From assembly GCA_023957115.1 (NCBI GenBank), contig JAMLHN010000001.1:92708-156707 (forward strand): a stretch of 64,000 bases of DNA, read 5' to 3'. Both the position numbers and the translations under genes were made by a program. Of the stretch, positions 27,230-37,359 are shown piece after piece. Under the pieces are notes generated by a model that did no database searches, had not been told where the DNA came from, and was given only the letters and a program-made list of their open reading frames with translations. This stretch comes from Thermomicrobiales bacterium (GTDB lineage: Bacteria > Chloroflexota > Chloroflexia > Thermomicrobiales > UBA6265). How positions within the stretch are numbered: the stretch's first letter is position 1; each line of letters begins with the position of its first letter.

Positions 27230-28166
27230 TGCCCAGCTCGAATTCTTGTTATGTCGGGGTCATTAGCCGGTACGACCATCAGAAATTGCACTGATCGACA
27301 ACGACGGCGAGGTCTTGCAACGGAGTCGTAGTCAGACCGACGAGGATGGCCATGATGCCGTGCTCGAACGGATGATCGCCGGAGCGCGGGAGATCGTCGG
27401 TCTGGCCGAACCCGATCAGGTCATTCGGGCCATCGGGGTAGCGGCGCCGGGTGTGCTCGACATGGACGGCGGCTACACGATCTTTCGCCGAATCTTCCGG
27501 AACTGGCCGATGGTGCCGGTCGGGCCGCGCATGACCGAAGCATTGGGTCTCCCGGTCTACCTGATCAACGACGTGCGCTGTTCACGGTCGCCGAACTCGA
27601 AATCGGCGCCGCGAAAGTCTGCAAACCGCTTTGCTATGCAATCGGCACCGGAATCGGTGGCGGGATCGTGGCACGGCCGGGTCAATATGGGACTTGGCGG
27701 AGCCGGGAAGTTGGGGCACATGGTCGTCAATACGAACGGACCCTGCGGATGTGGTAACCGGGGCTGTGCCGAAGCGTACGCCGCAGGACCGGCCATCATC
27801 GGTGAGGCGGCGAACCGGTTGATCGTGATGGGGGAGACGACGACCCTGCGCGAGATGATCGGCGACGATCTCAACAAGATGACCCCTGAGCTGGTCAGTG
27901 GGCCGCAGCCGACGGCGATCCACATCGCCCGGCGGGTTAACTCGACTACGCTGGGTTTCACATGAGGTCCGCGGTCGCGAATGCGATCTCGGCGCTCAGC
28001 AATGTGGTGGTGCTCGGCAGTGGTGTCCTGAAGCCGTATGGTTACTACTGGAGCCAGATCGAACGATCGGCCCGGGGAACATTGCCACGTCACCGAGATC
28101 GACAAGATCAGTTTCTACCCGCCAGAACTCAGTTTCGAAGCCGGAGTGGTTGGCGCGGCGCTTTGA
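27229..28166 (+). pseudogene. ROK-family sugar kinase/regulator, many frame breaks
   Basis: The ATG shares one nt with the upstream stop (TGATG). Segments are YVGV.., IALIDNDGEVLQRS.., [60 protein letters not shown] (ROK Cys motif) and NVVVLGSGVLKPY, in different frames. The 3' end is approximate. Confidence 0.75.
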
Positions 28167-28266
28167 GCCAAGACCGCCTATGAGGCGCGAGGAAGAAGAC
28201 TAGATCGATGCTGCCGAGAGCCCGGAAGCCAATGTCCAGTGAAGATGAAACGTGGGGTTGCGGGCT

Positions 28267-29056
28267 ATGAGCGCGGAGTCGGCGTCCGGCCGGTATCTGG
28301 TCGAAGCTGCGAAGATCGTCGAGCGGATCGCAACGACACAGTTGGAGGCGATCGACGCGGCCGCAGCGATCTGCACCCAGGCGATCGGGACCGGAGGACT
28401 GGTGCATGCCTTTGGCACCGGACATTCGCGCATCCCGGTCGAGGCTCTTTCCACGGCATGGGAGCTTCCCCGGTTTTTCACCCGATCGTCGAGCTCTCCT
28501 TACCAATCACACGCAGATCGTCGGCGCGAATGGGCAGCGGCAAGCGGCGATGTGGCTGGAAAGATCGAAGGCTTTGGCAGAAGTCATTCTGCGTAACTTC
28601 GCGTTTGGTCGAACGATGCGATGCTGATCTTCTCCAGCAGTGGGGTCAATGCGGTGGTGATCGATGTGGCGCTCGGCGCTCGGGAACGCGGTCTGCCGGT
28701 GATTGCCGTCGTCTCGTTCGATCACTCGAGAAGTCCTCCCGGCATTCGTCGGCAAAGAAGAAGCTCATCGAGCTTGCCGATATCGCCATCGACAACTGCA
28801 CCCCCGCTGGGGATGCGATGGTTTCGATCGATGGTCTGGACGACCCGGTCGGACCTGGCTCGACCATCGGATTCGCGGCGGTTGCGAACGCCATCAAATC
28901 GCAAACGGCCGAGGCCCTGGTTGCACTGGGAACGCCGCCGCTTGTGCTCTCATCCTCGGTTGTCATTGGAGACGCCTCGGCGCAACGGTTCGACTTGATT
29001 GCTACGATGAGCAATCCCGCCGGGTATCTCGCCTCTACGACTGGCCGCGTTCCTGA
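28267..29056 (+). pseudogene. SIS-domain sugar isomerase-like protein (UPF0309-like), frame-broken
   Basis: MSAESASGRYLVEAAKIVERI..GGLVHAFGTGHSRIPVE; HGSFPGF(H)PIVELSL; NHTQIVGANGQRQA.MWLERSKALAEVIL; MLIFSSSGVNAVVIDVALGARERGLPVIAVVSFDHS; KLIELADIAIDNCTPAGDAMVSIDGLDDPVGPGSTIGF, in three frames. The 3' end is approximate. Confidence 0.7.
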
Positions 29057-29726
29057 AACCGCTTGGGGAGATGTGGCAACAACCATTCCGTGATCTGGTG
29101 ATTGAAGATCAGCAGGATCCAAACGACCTGTCCGAAACCGGGAACATCAGCGAAATCGGAATCGAGAAGAAGTATTCCGCAGGTGACCAGATGCCTGGTC
29201 TTCGCGCGTGCGAAATCGTAGTTCCTGCCACCGCGTGTCATGGGTGGCGATTGCGATCCATGTGGTCGATCATCACGATGAACAGGACCGAAATCATCGC
29301 CAGAATGACGGCATAGAGAATTGCAGGAAATGCCAGATTCCCGTATTCTCCGAGCGTCCCGGTTGGGAATGGGAGAAGGCAACGAGCAACAGGAGCGCGA
29401 TGTTCAGTCTGACGAGTCGTGCATCGAAGTCCTGAATGCGGGCAAAGTTTCGCCGGTGAGGCCCACAGAAAGGCGATCACCAAGAAGCCAACGATATAGG
29501 ACAGTACCTGCGGCCAAAGATCACAATGTCATGGTGCAAGCGGGTGCGGGCAGCCTCATCGGACATTTGCGGCACCTCGACCGTAACGACCAGCAGGGTC
29601 ATGGCGAAGGCAAAGACGCCATCGCTCAAGCTGATCAACCGGTCCAGGCTCTCCGACCCGCTCTTTGCCTTCTTCTCCGGTAATTTCCGAACCGTCCGGC
29701 GGCGGGCTTTCGTCCCGGTCGACCAT
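29035..29726 (-). pseudogene. DUF1211 / TMEM175-like membrane protein, frame-broken
   Basis: Minus-strand segments SLDRLISLSDGVFAFAMTLLVVTVEVPQ; VIAFLWAS; RLNIALLLLVAF; FPTGTLGEYGNLAFPAILYAVILAMISVLFIVMI, in different frames. Ends are approximate. Confidence 0.6.
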
Positions 29727-29911
29727 CACGCATTTCCGCAAGCTACGTTGTCGCGTACGGCGTGGAGTTTACGCGGCTGCCGCCCCGGGCGGTGTGTGTG
29801 GGCGAGCGGATTCATGACGGATTGCTCCTCCTTCCATCGCGAGATGCCTGCAGTATGGTGGAATAACGTCAGCTCGAACGCTCGATGGAGGCGCACATGC
29901 AAGGAGATCAG

Positions 29912-30876
29912 ATGATGATGACCAATGGACTGCGCCCTGGTGTGCACTGCATCGCCGCCACCCCGTTCTTGCCGGACGAATCGCTCGATCTGGCCACGGT
30001 GTCGGTGCGCCTTGATGGACTATCTCATCGCCGGTGGCTGTGATGGAGCCCTGGTTTTGGGCGTGCTCGGTGAGGCCGACCAGTTGAGCGATGACGAGCG
30101 TGACCAGGTGCTGGCAACCGCGCTCGAACGTGGGGAGGCAAGCTACAGATATCGGTTGGTGTCACACCACTCGACCAGGGTGACCAAGGCGCGCGCGGAT
30201 GCTGCCCAGGCGGCCGGCGCCGCGGCGAAGTCATGGTCTCCCCGCCATCCGGGAAGCTCCGCTGGCCCTTGCGCTGAAGGAGCATTTCAAGCAGATCGCG
30301 GCCGATCTCACCATTCCCCTCGCCGTGCAGGACCATCCGACCTCGAGCGGGGTCAAGATGCCGGTCGAGTTCATTGCATCCCTGTACGAGTTCTTGCCGC
30401 CCGGCTCGGTCTGCAAACTGGAAGATCCGCCGACCGCGGTCAAGATGAACAAGCTGCGGGACGCCGAACCGGGATATCAGATCTTCGGCGGCCTCGGCGG
30501 TGTTTCGCTCTTGCACGAGCTCGATGCCGGTTCGGCCGGCGCGATGACCGGCTTTGCCGTGGTCGAGGGCTGGTGGAGATCGTCAGTCTGCATCGGAATG
30601 GCGACCGGAGCGGAGCACGAGCGGCCTACGAGCGGACGCTGCCATTGCTGGTCTTCGAAGCGCAACCGGGAGCCGGGGTTGCATTACGCAAGGAAATTCT
30701 CCGGCGGAGGAGGCGCCATTGCCCATGCAACTGTCCGGCAGCCGGCCCCGACACCCGACGCCTTCGCATTGAACCTGCTCGACGATCTGCTGCGGTCGCG
30801 CGCGACCGACTCCGGTTGTCTGAGTAACAGGGAGCAGCGCGGCGGTTTTCCGATGAACGATTCGCCGAAGAGATAG
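29912..30876 (+). pseudogene. dihydrodipicolinate synthase / N-acetylneuraminate lyase (DapA) family protein, frame-broken
   Basis: SD aaggaga then ATG at 29912. Segments are GVHCIAATPFLPDESLDL; DYLIAGGCDGALVLGVLGEADQLSDDERDQVL; ALKEHFKQIAADLTIPLAVQDHP..KLEDPPTAVKMNKLR..IFGGLGGVSLLHELDAGSAGAMTGFA; AYERTLPLLVFEAQPGAGVALRKEIL, in different frames. The 3' end is approximate. Confidence 0.7.
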
Positions 30877-30880
30877 GTCG

Positions 30881-31966
30881 TGGTCAAACTCTGGGGGTCA
30901 GATTTTCCCGGCTTGAGCTTTTGAAGCGAGCCGGCCGGCTCGATCAGATGTGGGGCGTTTGGTGACGCTGGGTGATGGCAATGAGCGTGGCGTGCGGGTG
31001 TTGGAGTTCGCACCGGATCCGGCTTCGTCTTCGAAGTCCTGGTCGATCGGGCGTTCGATATCGGCCGGGCCGAATTTCAGGGCATCCCGCTCGGCTGGGA
31101 ATCACCGGTGGGGTACGGCGGTCCCTGGTACGGCGAATATCAGGACAACGGGTTTCTCCGCAACTGGGGCGGTGGTTGCTGACCTCGTGCGGACTCGATC
31201 ATGCCTTGTTCATGGCCGAAGATACCGCCGAGCAGTATCACTATCCACCGAAAAAAATCGAGTCGTTCGGGCTTCATGGGCGTGTCTCGAACCGTCCGGC
31301 GCGGTTGACCGGTTACGGAACCCGCTGGGAGGACGATGCGGTCCTTTTTGGGCCGAAGGCGAGATCTCGCGAAGCTTCGGTATTTGGGGAGAATCTGCTT
31401 CTTCGCCGCCGCATCTGAGGCTCGTGCCGGCGATTCGAGTCTGACCTTGCACGACGAGGTCATCAATGCCGGCTGGGATCAACCCACCTTATGCTCCTCT
31501 ATCACATCAGCATCGGGTTCCCCGTGGTCGATGAGGGTTCGGAGCTCCTGGTGCCGACCCGGGCTGCCATTCCGCGCCGGCGATTTCGATCCGGGCAACT
31601 ACCGCACATTTACTGCACCGCAACCTGCCTTTGTCGAGGAGGTTGTCGAGCACGACATCATCGCCGAATCCGATGGACGGGCGCCAGTCGGTATCGTCAA
31701 TCGCGTGGGATCGGCGCGTACGAGATTTTCGACATCGATCAACTTCTGCCCACTTCGTCTGGCGAATGATGGGAGGGAACCTATGTGGTCGGGATCGAGC
31801 CATGCACCAACCGTCGGCGGGGCGACTCGATGCTCGGGAACGCGGCAGGCTCATCATATTGCAGCCGGGTGAATCGCGGACATACGACCTGGAATTGGGC
31901 GCACTTACGACCAGATCGGAAATCGATGGATTCGCGGAGCGCGTCAAGCGTTTGGGAGGAAACTAG
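30881..31966 (+). pseudogene. DUF4432 / aldose-1-epimerase-like protein, frame-broken
   Basis: RLVTLGDGNERGVRVLEF; GSGFVFEVLVDRAFDIGRAEFRGIPLGWESPVGYGGPWY; LLTSCGLDHALFMAEDTAEQYHYPPKKIESFGLHGRVSNRPARL; MLLYHISIGFPVVDEGSELLVP; YVVGIEPCTN; GRLIILQPGESRTYDLELGALT..KRLGGN*, in three frames. The start is approximate. Confidence 0.65.
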
Positions 31967-32720
31967 GTGGATCTGGGACTCAAGGACAAACGTTTCCTGA
32001 TTTGGTGGTGGTAGCCGTGGATTGGGCAATGCGATTGCGCAGGTGCTCGTGGACGAGGGCGCTCATGCGCTTCTGATGTCGCGGGATGGCGCTTCGCTCG
32101 AAAGGCGGCCGATATCGGACCAGCTGCCAGCTGGGTTGCCGTCGATATCGCCAGTCCGGGCGCGGTGGAAACGCTCCAGACGGCCGTCGATGACAAGCTC
32201 GAGGACTCGACGGCATGCTCATCAATGCGGGGGACCGCCTCCGGGTGGTGCTGGGCGTCACCGACGAGCAGTGGGCGCAGTCCTTCGAGCTGCTGATCGG
32301 GGGCCGATTCGGATCCTGCAGGCGCTGACTCCGAAGATCGAGGGGAGGTTCGGTGCTCTTCATCCTCGTCCTCGGTGCGGCAACCGATTCTGGCGGATAC
32401 GTCCGTGTTCTCCGCCCAGGTGTCGCGGCAATGGCAGAGGTGCTGGCCCGGGAGCTGGGACCGAAGATCAGGGTCAATAGTCTGGCGCGGGACGGTTCGA
32501 TACCGACCGGGTGCGCACGCTGGACAAGGACGCGCCGAGGCGCAGGGGATCACGGTCGAGCAACAGGTCGCCCAGATGAACACGACCATACCGCTGGAGC
32601 GCGCCTGAAGACCAGTGGAGATGGGTCGCATTGGCACCTTCCCTCCTGTCGCCGGCGGCGTCCTATCTCAGTGGCATCTCGGTGCAGGCCGACGGAGCCA
32701 TGGTGACCGCAATCCCGTAG
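31967..32720 (+). pseudogene. SDR-family short-chain dehydrogenase/reductase, frame-broken
   Basis: GTG start one nt after the upstream stop. VDLGLKDKRFLI, then removing one T from TTT 32001-32003 restores GGGSRGLGNAIAQVLVDEGAHALLMSRD. Later segments are LINAGGPPPG, RPGVAAMAEVLARELGPKIRVNSLA and SYLSGISVQADGAMVTAIP*, in other frames. Confidence 0.75.
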
Positions 32721-32737
32721 TCCGGAGCCGGCAGCTA

Positions 32738-32872
32738 GGGCGTGTTTGAAAAGCCCACCGTGTGGCGTGATGGGCGCCGCGTTTCGGACTCTTCATGCCG
32801 TTGAGGCCCCCGAAACTCGTTGCTTCGGTCTCCTCCGGACTCCGGGCTCCGGACCCCTTTTCAAACACGCCG
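32738..32872. repeat. MITE-like element copy B with 15-bp perfect terminal inverted repeats
   Basis: TIRs are ggcgtgtttgaaaag (32739-32753) and cttttcaaacacgcc (32857-32871). There is an internal hairpin cgtttcgg..ccgaaac. The core is about 85 percent identical to 16161-16272. It lies between convergent gene ends. Confidence 0.85.
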
Positions 32873-33017
32873 CAGGAACCCACCGCCGTTATCCCGACCG
32901 CAGTGGGGGATCCCTGCTGCCTGGTCGCCGACTTCCATGCCAGGAATAGGGTCGCGAGCAGCAGGAGATCTCCCAAACCGCCGGGATCGACGACTCGTAC
33001 CGGATCCGCGTGATTGC

Positions 33018-34409
33018 CTAGCGATGCGAACCAGCGGGCGTCTTTTCGTATTTGTCGCCCAGATAGACACCCTGCCGAACCATCATCTCCTGGAGCTGTT
33101 TGACCGGGACAGCACGCGGCTCCGATCCATATTCGATGGCGAGTGCCGCCGCGGTCCCCGCCGCCTGTCCCATGGCAAACACCGGGGGCATCACACGTAC
33201 CGCCGCCTGCGCCTCGTGGGTGGCCGAGAGCGATCGACCGGCGACCAGAATCCCATTCAGATCGCGCGGAACCAGCGATCGATAGGGAATCTGGTAGATA
33301 TTCGCCGTTGCCAGTTTGCCGTCGGTGCCGCCGCTGTCGTCGGTTGGGCTGTGAATGTCGACCGGGTAGCCGCAGAGCGCGATCACATCGTCGAATTCGC
33401 GTGCGGTCGCCAGATCGTCCAACTTCAGCTGATATTCGCCGACGATCCGGCGGGTTTCCCGGACGCCGACCATGGAAGCGGTATCCAGGAGCTCCACATT
33501 CTCGAAACCGGGCAGCCGCTTGCGGAAGAAGGTGAGCAACGCCTTCACTTGCTCGCGTCCGTCGATCTCGCCCTGGGTCAGATCCTCGACGCTGGTGCCA
33601 TCCAAACGATGGAGCCGGGTCGTGTTGATTCGCCAGACGCCGTCTTCCCCGGTGCGGTACATGCCGATCCCCTTGCGAGGAATCGGGAATTCGCCCGCTT
33701 CGCGCGCTTGCATGACCAGCGACTCGAATGGACGGAAATCGTCGGTATGGGAATGCACGTACTCTTCGACGACCGCATTGTTGACATTCTTGACGCGGAA
33801 GAAGAGCGTCATCGGTTGCAGCAGACCGTCTTCGTCGCGTCCCTTTTCGAAGGCGGCGCCGGCCCGAGCGGCCACATCGGCATCAGCCGAGCAGTCGACG
33901 GTGATCTGCGCTTTCAAGGCCTCGAGTCCTGACTTGCTGGCCGCAACGACCCCGGTTACAGCGCCGTCCTCGACGATTGCATCGGCGACGAAGGTGTGGA
34001 GCCGGAGCTGAACGCCGGCTTCCCGAACCATATCGAGCGCGACGAACTTGGCGGTCTCTGGATCGAAGGGGGTCACCCGGGCATGGCCGTAGGAGATGAA
34101 TCCGGCCTCGGGACTTCCGGCCGGGAAATTGCGTGGATGCTCCGCGCCGCCGAGCGATTCCATCCGGTTGACCATCTCTTCGAAGATCCCCTTGATCAAC
34201 TGGGTCTCGCCGTCCAGGCTATAGGAAGTCATGCAGGGTCCGACCAGTCCGGCGGTCAGATTCCCACCCAGATAGCCGAACCGTTCGACCAGGGTTGTGC
34301 GGGCGCCGTTGCGGGCCGAGGCGATCGCCGCGGCGATACCCCCCGGGCCACCCCCCACGACCAGCACATCGCCGGCGTCGATGACCGGAAGTTCACGTTC
34401 GTAATGCAT
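33018..34409 (-). CDS. FAD-dependent oxidoreductase (PF12831-like)
   Basis: DVLVVGGGPGGIAAAIASARNGARTTLVERFGYLGGN. The ATG at 34409 avoids overlap with the upstream AKR gene; the ORF extends to 34487. Confidence 0.75.
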   Translation of the reverse strand: MHYERELPVIDAGDVLVVGGGPGGIAAAIASARNGARTTLVERFGYLGGNLTAGLVGPCMTSYSLDGETQLIKGIFEEMVNRMESLGGAEHPRNFPAGSPEAGFISYGHARVTPFDPETAKFVALDMVREAGVQLRLHTFVADAIVEDGAVTGVVAASKSGLEALKAQITVDCSADADVAARAGAAFEKGRDEDGLLQPMTLFFRVKNVNNAVVEEYVHSHTDDFRPFESLVMQAREAGEFPIPRKGIGMYRTGEDGVWRINTTRLHRLDGTSVEDLTQGEIDGREQVKALLTFFRKRLPGFENVELLDTASMVGVRETRRIVGEYQLKLDDLATAREFDDVIALCGYPVDIHSPTDDSGGTDGKLATANIYQIPYRSLVPRDLNGILVAGRSLSATHEAQAAVRVMPPVFAMGQAAGTAAALAIEYGSEPRAVPVKQLQEMMVRQGVYLGDKYEKTPAGSHR

Positions 34410-34428
34410 CGTTGCGGACACGGTCGTT

Positions 34429-35460
34429 CTATGCTCCTTGTTTTGCGGTTGCCGTTGCTTTGCTGGTTCCTCCGGCCGGGAGGACATCGGTCATGCCGGC
34501 CGCGTTCTGCATGATCGTATCGATGGCGGCGAGATCGGCCGTATCGAGCGTCACCTCGGCCGCGGCCACGCAGCCCAGAATCTCGCTGGTATTGCGCGCG
34601 CCGGTCAGGGCCACGGTGACCGGCGCGTGTGCCAGCACCCAGGCAATTGCGAGCTGCACCAGGGAGACGTTCTTTTCGGCCGCGAAGCCAGCCAGCGTGT
34701 CGATGACCTGCAGGTTCCGTTCCCGGTTTTCAGGGGTCAGCAGCGGCTGTCCAAAGATGACGCCAGCCTTCCGCCAATCACGATCGTCGAAGGACGTTTC
34801 GCGGGTGTACGCGCCGGTCAGGAGCCCGTGCGCGAGCGGCCCATAGGCCATGACGCCGATTCCGAGCTCGTCGCAAAGCGCGAAGGTCTCATTGGCCCAC
34901 CGGCGATCGAGCAGGCTGAATCCAACCTGGCTCGCGACGATCGGCGAATCCGTCGCCGCACCGGCAATTTCGCGTAATTGACGCTTGTCGAGATTGCAGA
35001 CGACAACGGCGCGAGTCTTGCCGCTTTCCACGAGATGCCCAAGGCTGGCGGCAATGTCAGCCAGGGGCGTTTCTCCATCCGGCCAGTGCAGCAAGTAGAT
35101 GTCGACATAGTCGGTCTTCAACCGTGCGAGACTCTCGTCGAGCCCTCGCGCCAGATGTTCCCGGCTGCTATCGAGACCCGTGATGAAGGCATTCTCGTCT
35201 GAGATCATTCCGCCTTTGGTGACCACGACTGCCTGATCGCGCCGGCCGGTCAGCGCAGTTCCGAGCAATTCTTCGGCATGACCGTTGCCGTAGGTGGGGG
35301 CGGTATCGAAGAGGGTGATGCCCGCGTCGAGCGCGGCATGAATGGCGGCAGTTGCCTCGGCGTCGTCGCTCGGACCGTACCGGGCTCCGCCGATCGGCCA
35401 GGTACCGAACCCGATGACCGACGAGCGCAATGCCGAATTTCCAAATCGGCGGTGCTGCAT
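34429..35460 (-). CDS. aldo/keto reductase
   Basis: MQHRRFGNSALRSSVIGFGTWPIGG, LFDTAPTYGNGHAEELLG and DIYLLHWPD. Intact, 343 aa. Confidence 0.85.
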   Translation of the reverse strand: MQHRRFGNSALRSSVIGFGTWPIGGARYGPSDDAEATAAIHAALDAGITLFDTAPTYGNGHAEELLGTALTGRRDQAVVVTKGGMISDENAFITGLDSSREHLARGLDESLARLKTDYVDIYLLHWPDGETPLADIAASLGHLVESGKTRAVVVCNLDKRQLREIAGAATDSPIVASQVGFSLLDRRWANETFALCDELGIGVMAYGPLAHGLLTGAYTRETSFDDRDWRKAGVIFGQPLLTPENRERNLQVIDTLAGFAAEKNVSLVQLAIAWVLAHAPVTVALTGARNTSEILGCVAAAEVTLDTADLAAIDTIMQNAAGMTDVLPAGGTSKATATAKQGA

Positions 35461-35469
35461 GTGTGCTGG

Positions 35470-36390
35470 TTATCCCTTCTGCATACGCGGGTCGAGGTAG
35501 TCCCGCAACCGGTCTCCGAAAACGCCGACACTAATGACAACGAGGCAAAGCGCAATGCCGGGAATGGTCGAAATCCACCAGGCATTGTTGAGATAGTCGC
35601 GTCCTTGTGCAATCGTCTGACCCCACGACGGTTGGCTCGGTGGAGTGCCGAGTCCGAGGAAGCTGAGTGATGCCTCCGCGATGATGACGAGCCCGATCTC
35701 GACCGTTGCGATCACGATCAAAGGCGCAATGATTGATGGGACGATGTGCCGGGTCAGCTGTCTCGGGGCATCGGCGCCAATCGCTCGGGCGGCGGTAACG
35801 AACTCCTGCTCTTTGACACTCAGGACCGCGGCTCTGGAGATTCGTGCAAAGACGACCCAACGGGTAATGGCGAGCGTGATGATGACATTGACAACGCTCG
35901 GTCCAATGACGGCCGCGATCATGATCGCAAAGATGATCGATGGGAAGGCGAGTTGAATATCGGCCAGCCGCATGAGCAGGCTGTCCAGAAACCCGCCCCG
36001 ATACCCAGCGATGACCCCGACGAACATACCGATCAGACCAGCCAGCACAACCGTGGCCGCGCCGACCAGTAACGAGATGCGCGCGCCCTGCAGCACCTGC
36101 GCCAGCATGTCCCGTCCGACCTGATCGGTTCCCAGCCAGGCGGTGGAGCCATCGCGCAATACGGTTCCGGGTGATTTCAGCCGGTCGCCGGTCCGCACGG
36201 TGACCGAGTCATAGGGCACGATCATCGGTCCGAAGATCGCAATCAGAATGAAGACGATGATCGGAACACCCCACAACACCAGCCGGATCTGCCGCTTCCG
36301 GCGTTTGCCGCGCGAGCGAGTCCCAGGATCGGATTCGGTGAGCGGGATGTAGTCGATCTGTTCGTCGGCTGCGGTCGTAATGGCAGACAT
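35470..36390 (-). CDS. ABC importer permease (DppC/OppC type)
   Basis: Start ATG at 36390 (MSAITTAADEQ). Contains LGTDQVGRDMLAQVL and the EAA-like loop FVTAARAIGADAPRQLTRHIVP. The upstream 290 codons of the 597-aa ORF overlap the other permease gene out of frame. Confidence 0.85.
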   Translation of the reverse strand: MSAITTAADEQIDYIPLTESDPGTRSRGKRRKRQIRLVLWGVPIIVFILIAIFGPMIVPYDSVTVRTGDRLKSPGTVLRDGSTAWLGTDQVGRDMLAQVLQGARISLLVGAATVVLAGLIGMFVGVIAGYRGGFLDSLLMRLADIQLAFPSIIFAIMIAAVIGPSVVNVIITLAITRWVVFARISRAAVLSVKEQEFVTAARAIGADAPRQLTRHIVPSIIAPLIVIATVEIGLVIIAEASLSFLGLGTPPSQPSWGQTIAQGRDYLNNAWWISTIPGIALCLVVISVGVFGDRLRDYLDPRMQKG

Positions 36391-37310
36391 CAGCGTAGCC
36401 GAATCCTGGGATCGAGGTAGACGTAGCTCAGGTCGACAATGAGATTGATCAGCACGAATGTTGTGGTAATGAACAGAATGGCTGCCTGGACCAGCGGATA
36501 GTCTCGTTTGGTGATGGCGTCGACCAGCAAGCGGCCAATACCGGGCCAGCCAAAGACGGTTTCCACGATCACGGCGCCGCCCAGCAGATTGCCGAGCTGG
36601 ATACCGAGCACGGTAATCACGGGAATGAGCATGTTGCGCATGGCGTGACGGGTCAGAACCGCATGCGGGGCGATCCCTTTCGCGCGGGCGGTGCGAATGT
36701 AGTCCTCGTGCATGACTTCGAGCAGTCCGCTGCGCACCAACCGCGTCAGTACGCCGACGAGCGGAAGCGCCAGCGTGATCGCGGGCAGAATCAGATGCTG
36801 AGGCGTTTGGGATCCGGCTGACGGCAACCATCGGAGCTGTCTGGCGAAGATGAGAATGAGCATGATGCCGAGCCAGAAGCCGGGTACCGATTGACCGATG
36901 AGCGAGAGCACGGAAACCGCGTAGTCGATCGGCCCGCGTTGCCGGAGCGCCGCGACGATACCCAGCGGAAAGCTGATCGCCACCGCAAGGATGACCGCGG
37001 CGATGGCCAACCGGCCGGTCGCGGCGATACGCTCTCCGATCGAGTCGAGCACCGGGCGACGCAGCCAAAGCGATTCGCCAAAATCGAGCCGGGCCGCCTC
37101 GCTCATGAAGCTCACGTACTGCTCTGGTAACGACGCGTCGAGGCCCAGATTCTGGCGTAGCGCGTCGATCTCGGTTTGGGTGGCGCCGGCGCCCAGCATC
37201 ATCGAAGCCGGATCGCCCGGCAGGATGCGCACCACCAGGAAGATGACCGTCAACGCGCCCCACAGGACGAAGACTGCATAGAGAAGCCGTTGCAGAATGT
37301 AGTGCGCCAT
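36390..37310 (-). CDS. ABC importer permease (DppB/OppB type)
   Basis: MAHYILQRLLYAVFVLWGALTVIFLVVRILPGDP and YIRTARAKGIAPHAVLTRHAMRN. Intact, 306 aa. Confidence 0.85.
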   Translation of the reverse strand: MAHYILQRLLYAVFVLWGALTVIFLVVRILPGDPASMMLGAGATQTEIDALRQNLGLDASLPEQYVSFMSEAARLDFGESLWLRRPVLDSIGERIAATGRLAIAAVILAVAISFPLGIVAALRQRGPIDYAVSVLSLIGQSVPGFWLGIMLILIFARQLRWLPSAGSQTPQHLILPAITLALPLVGVLTRLVRSGLLEVMHEDYIRTARAKGIAPHAVLTRHAMRNMLIPVITVLGIQLGNLLGGAVIVETVFGWPGIGRLLVDAITKRDYPLVQAAILFITTTFVLINLIVDLSYVYLDPRIRLR

Positions 37311-37359
37311 GGCGATCTACTGGGGACGGGCGATGGAGTCGCCCGTCCCGTAGAGACTC

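Noticed and set aside
36391-37263. Upstream extension of the DppC-like permease ORF to 597 aa
   Set aside because: The extension overlaps the DppB-like permease gene in another frame and is Arg-rich nonsense. The ATG at 36390, with a 1-nt stop/start overlap, is the natural start.
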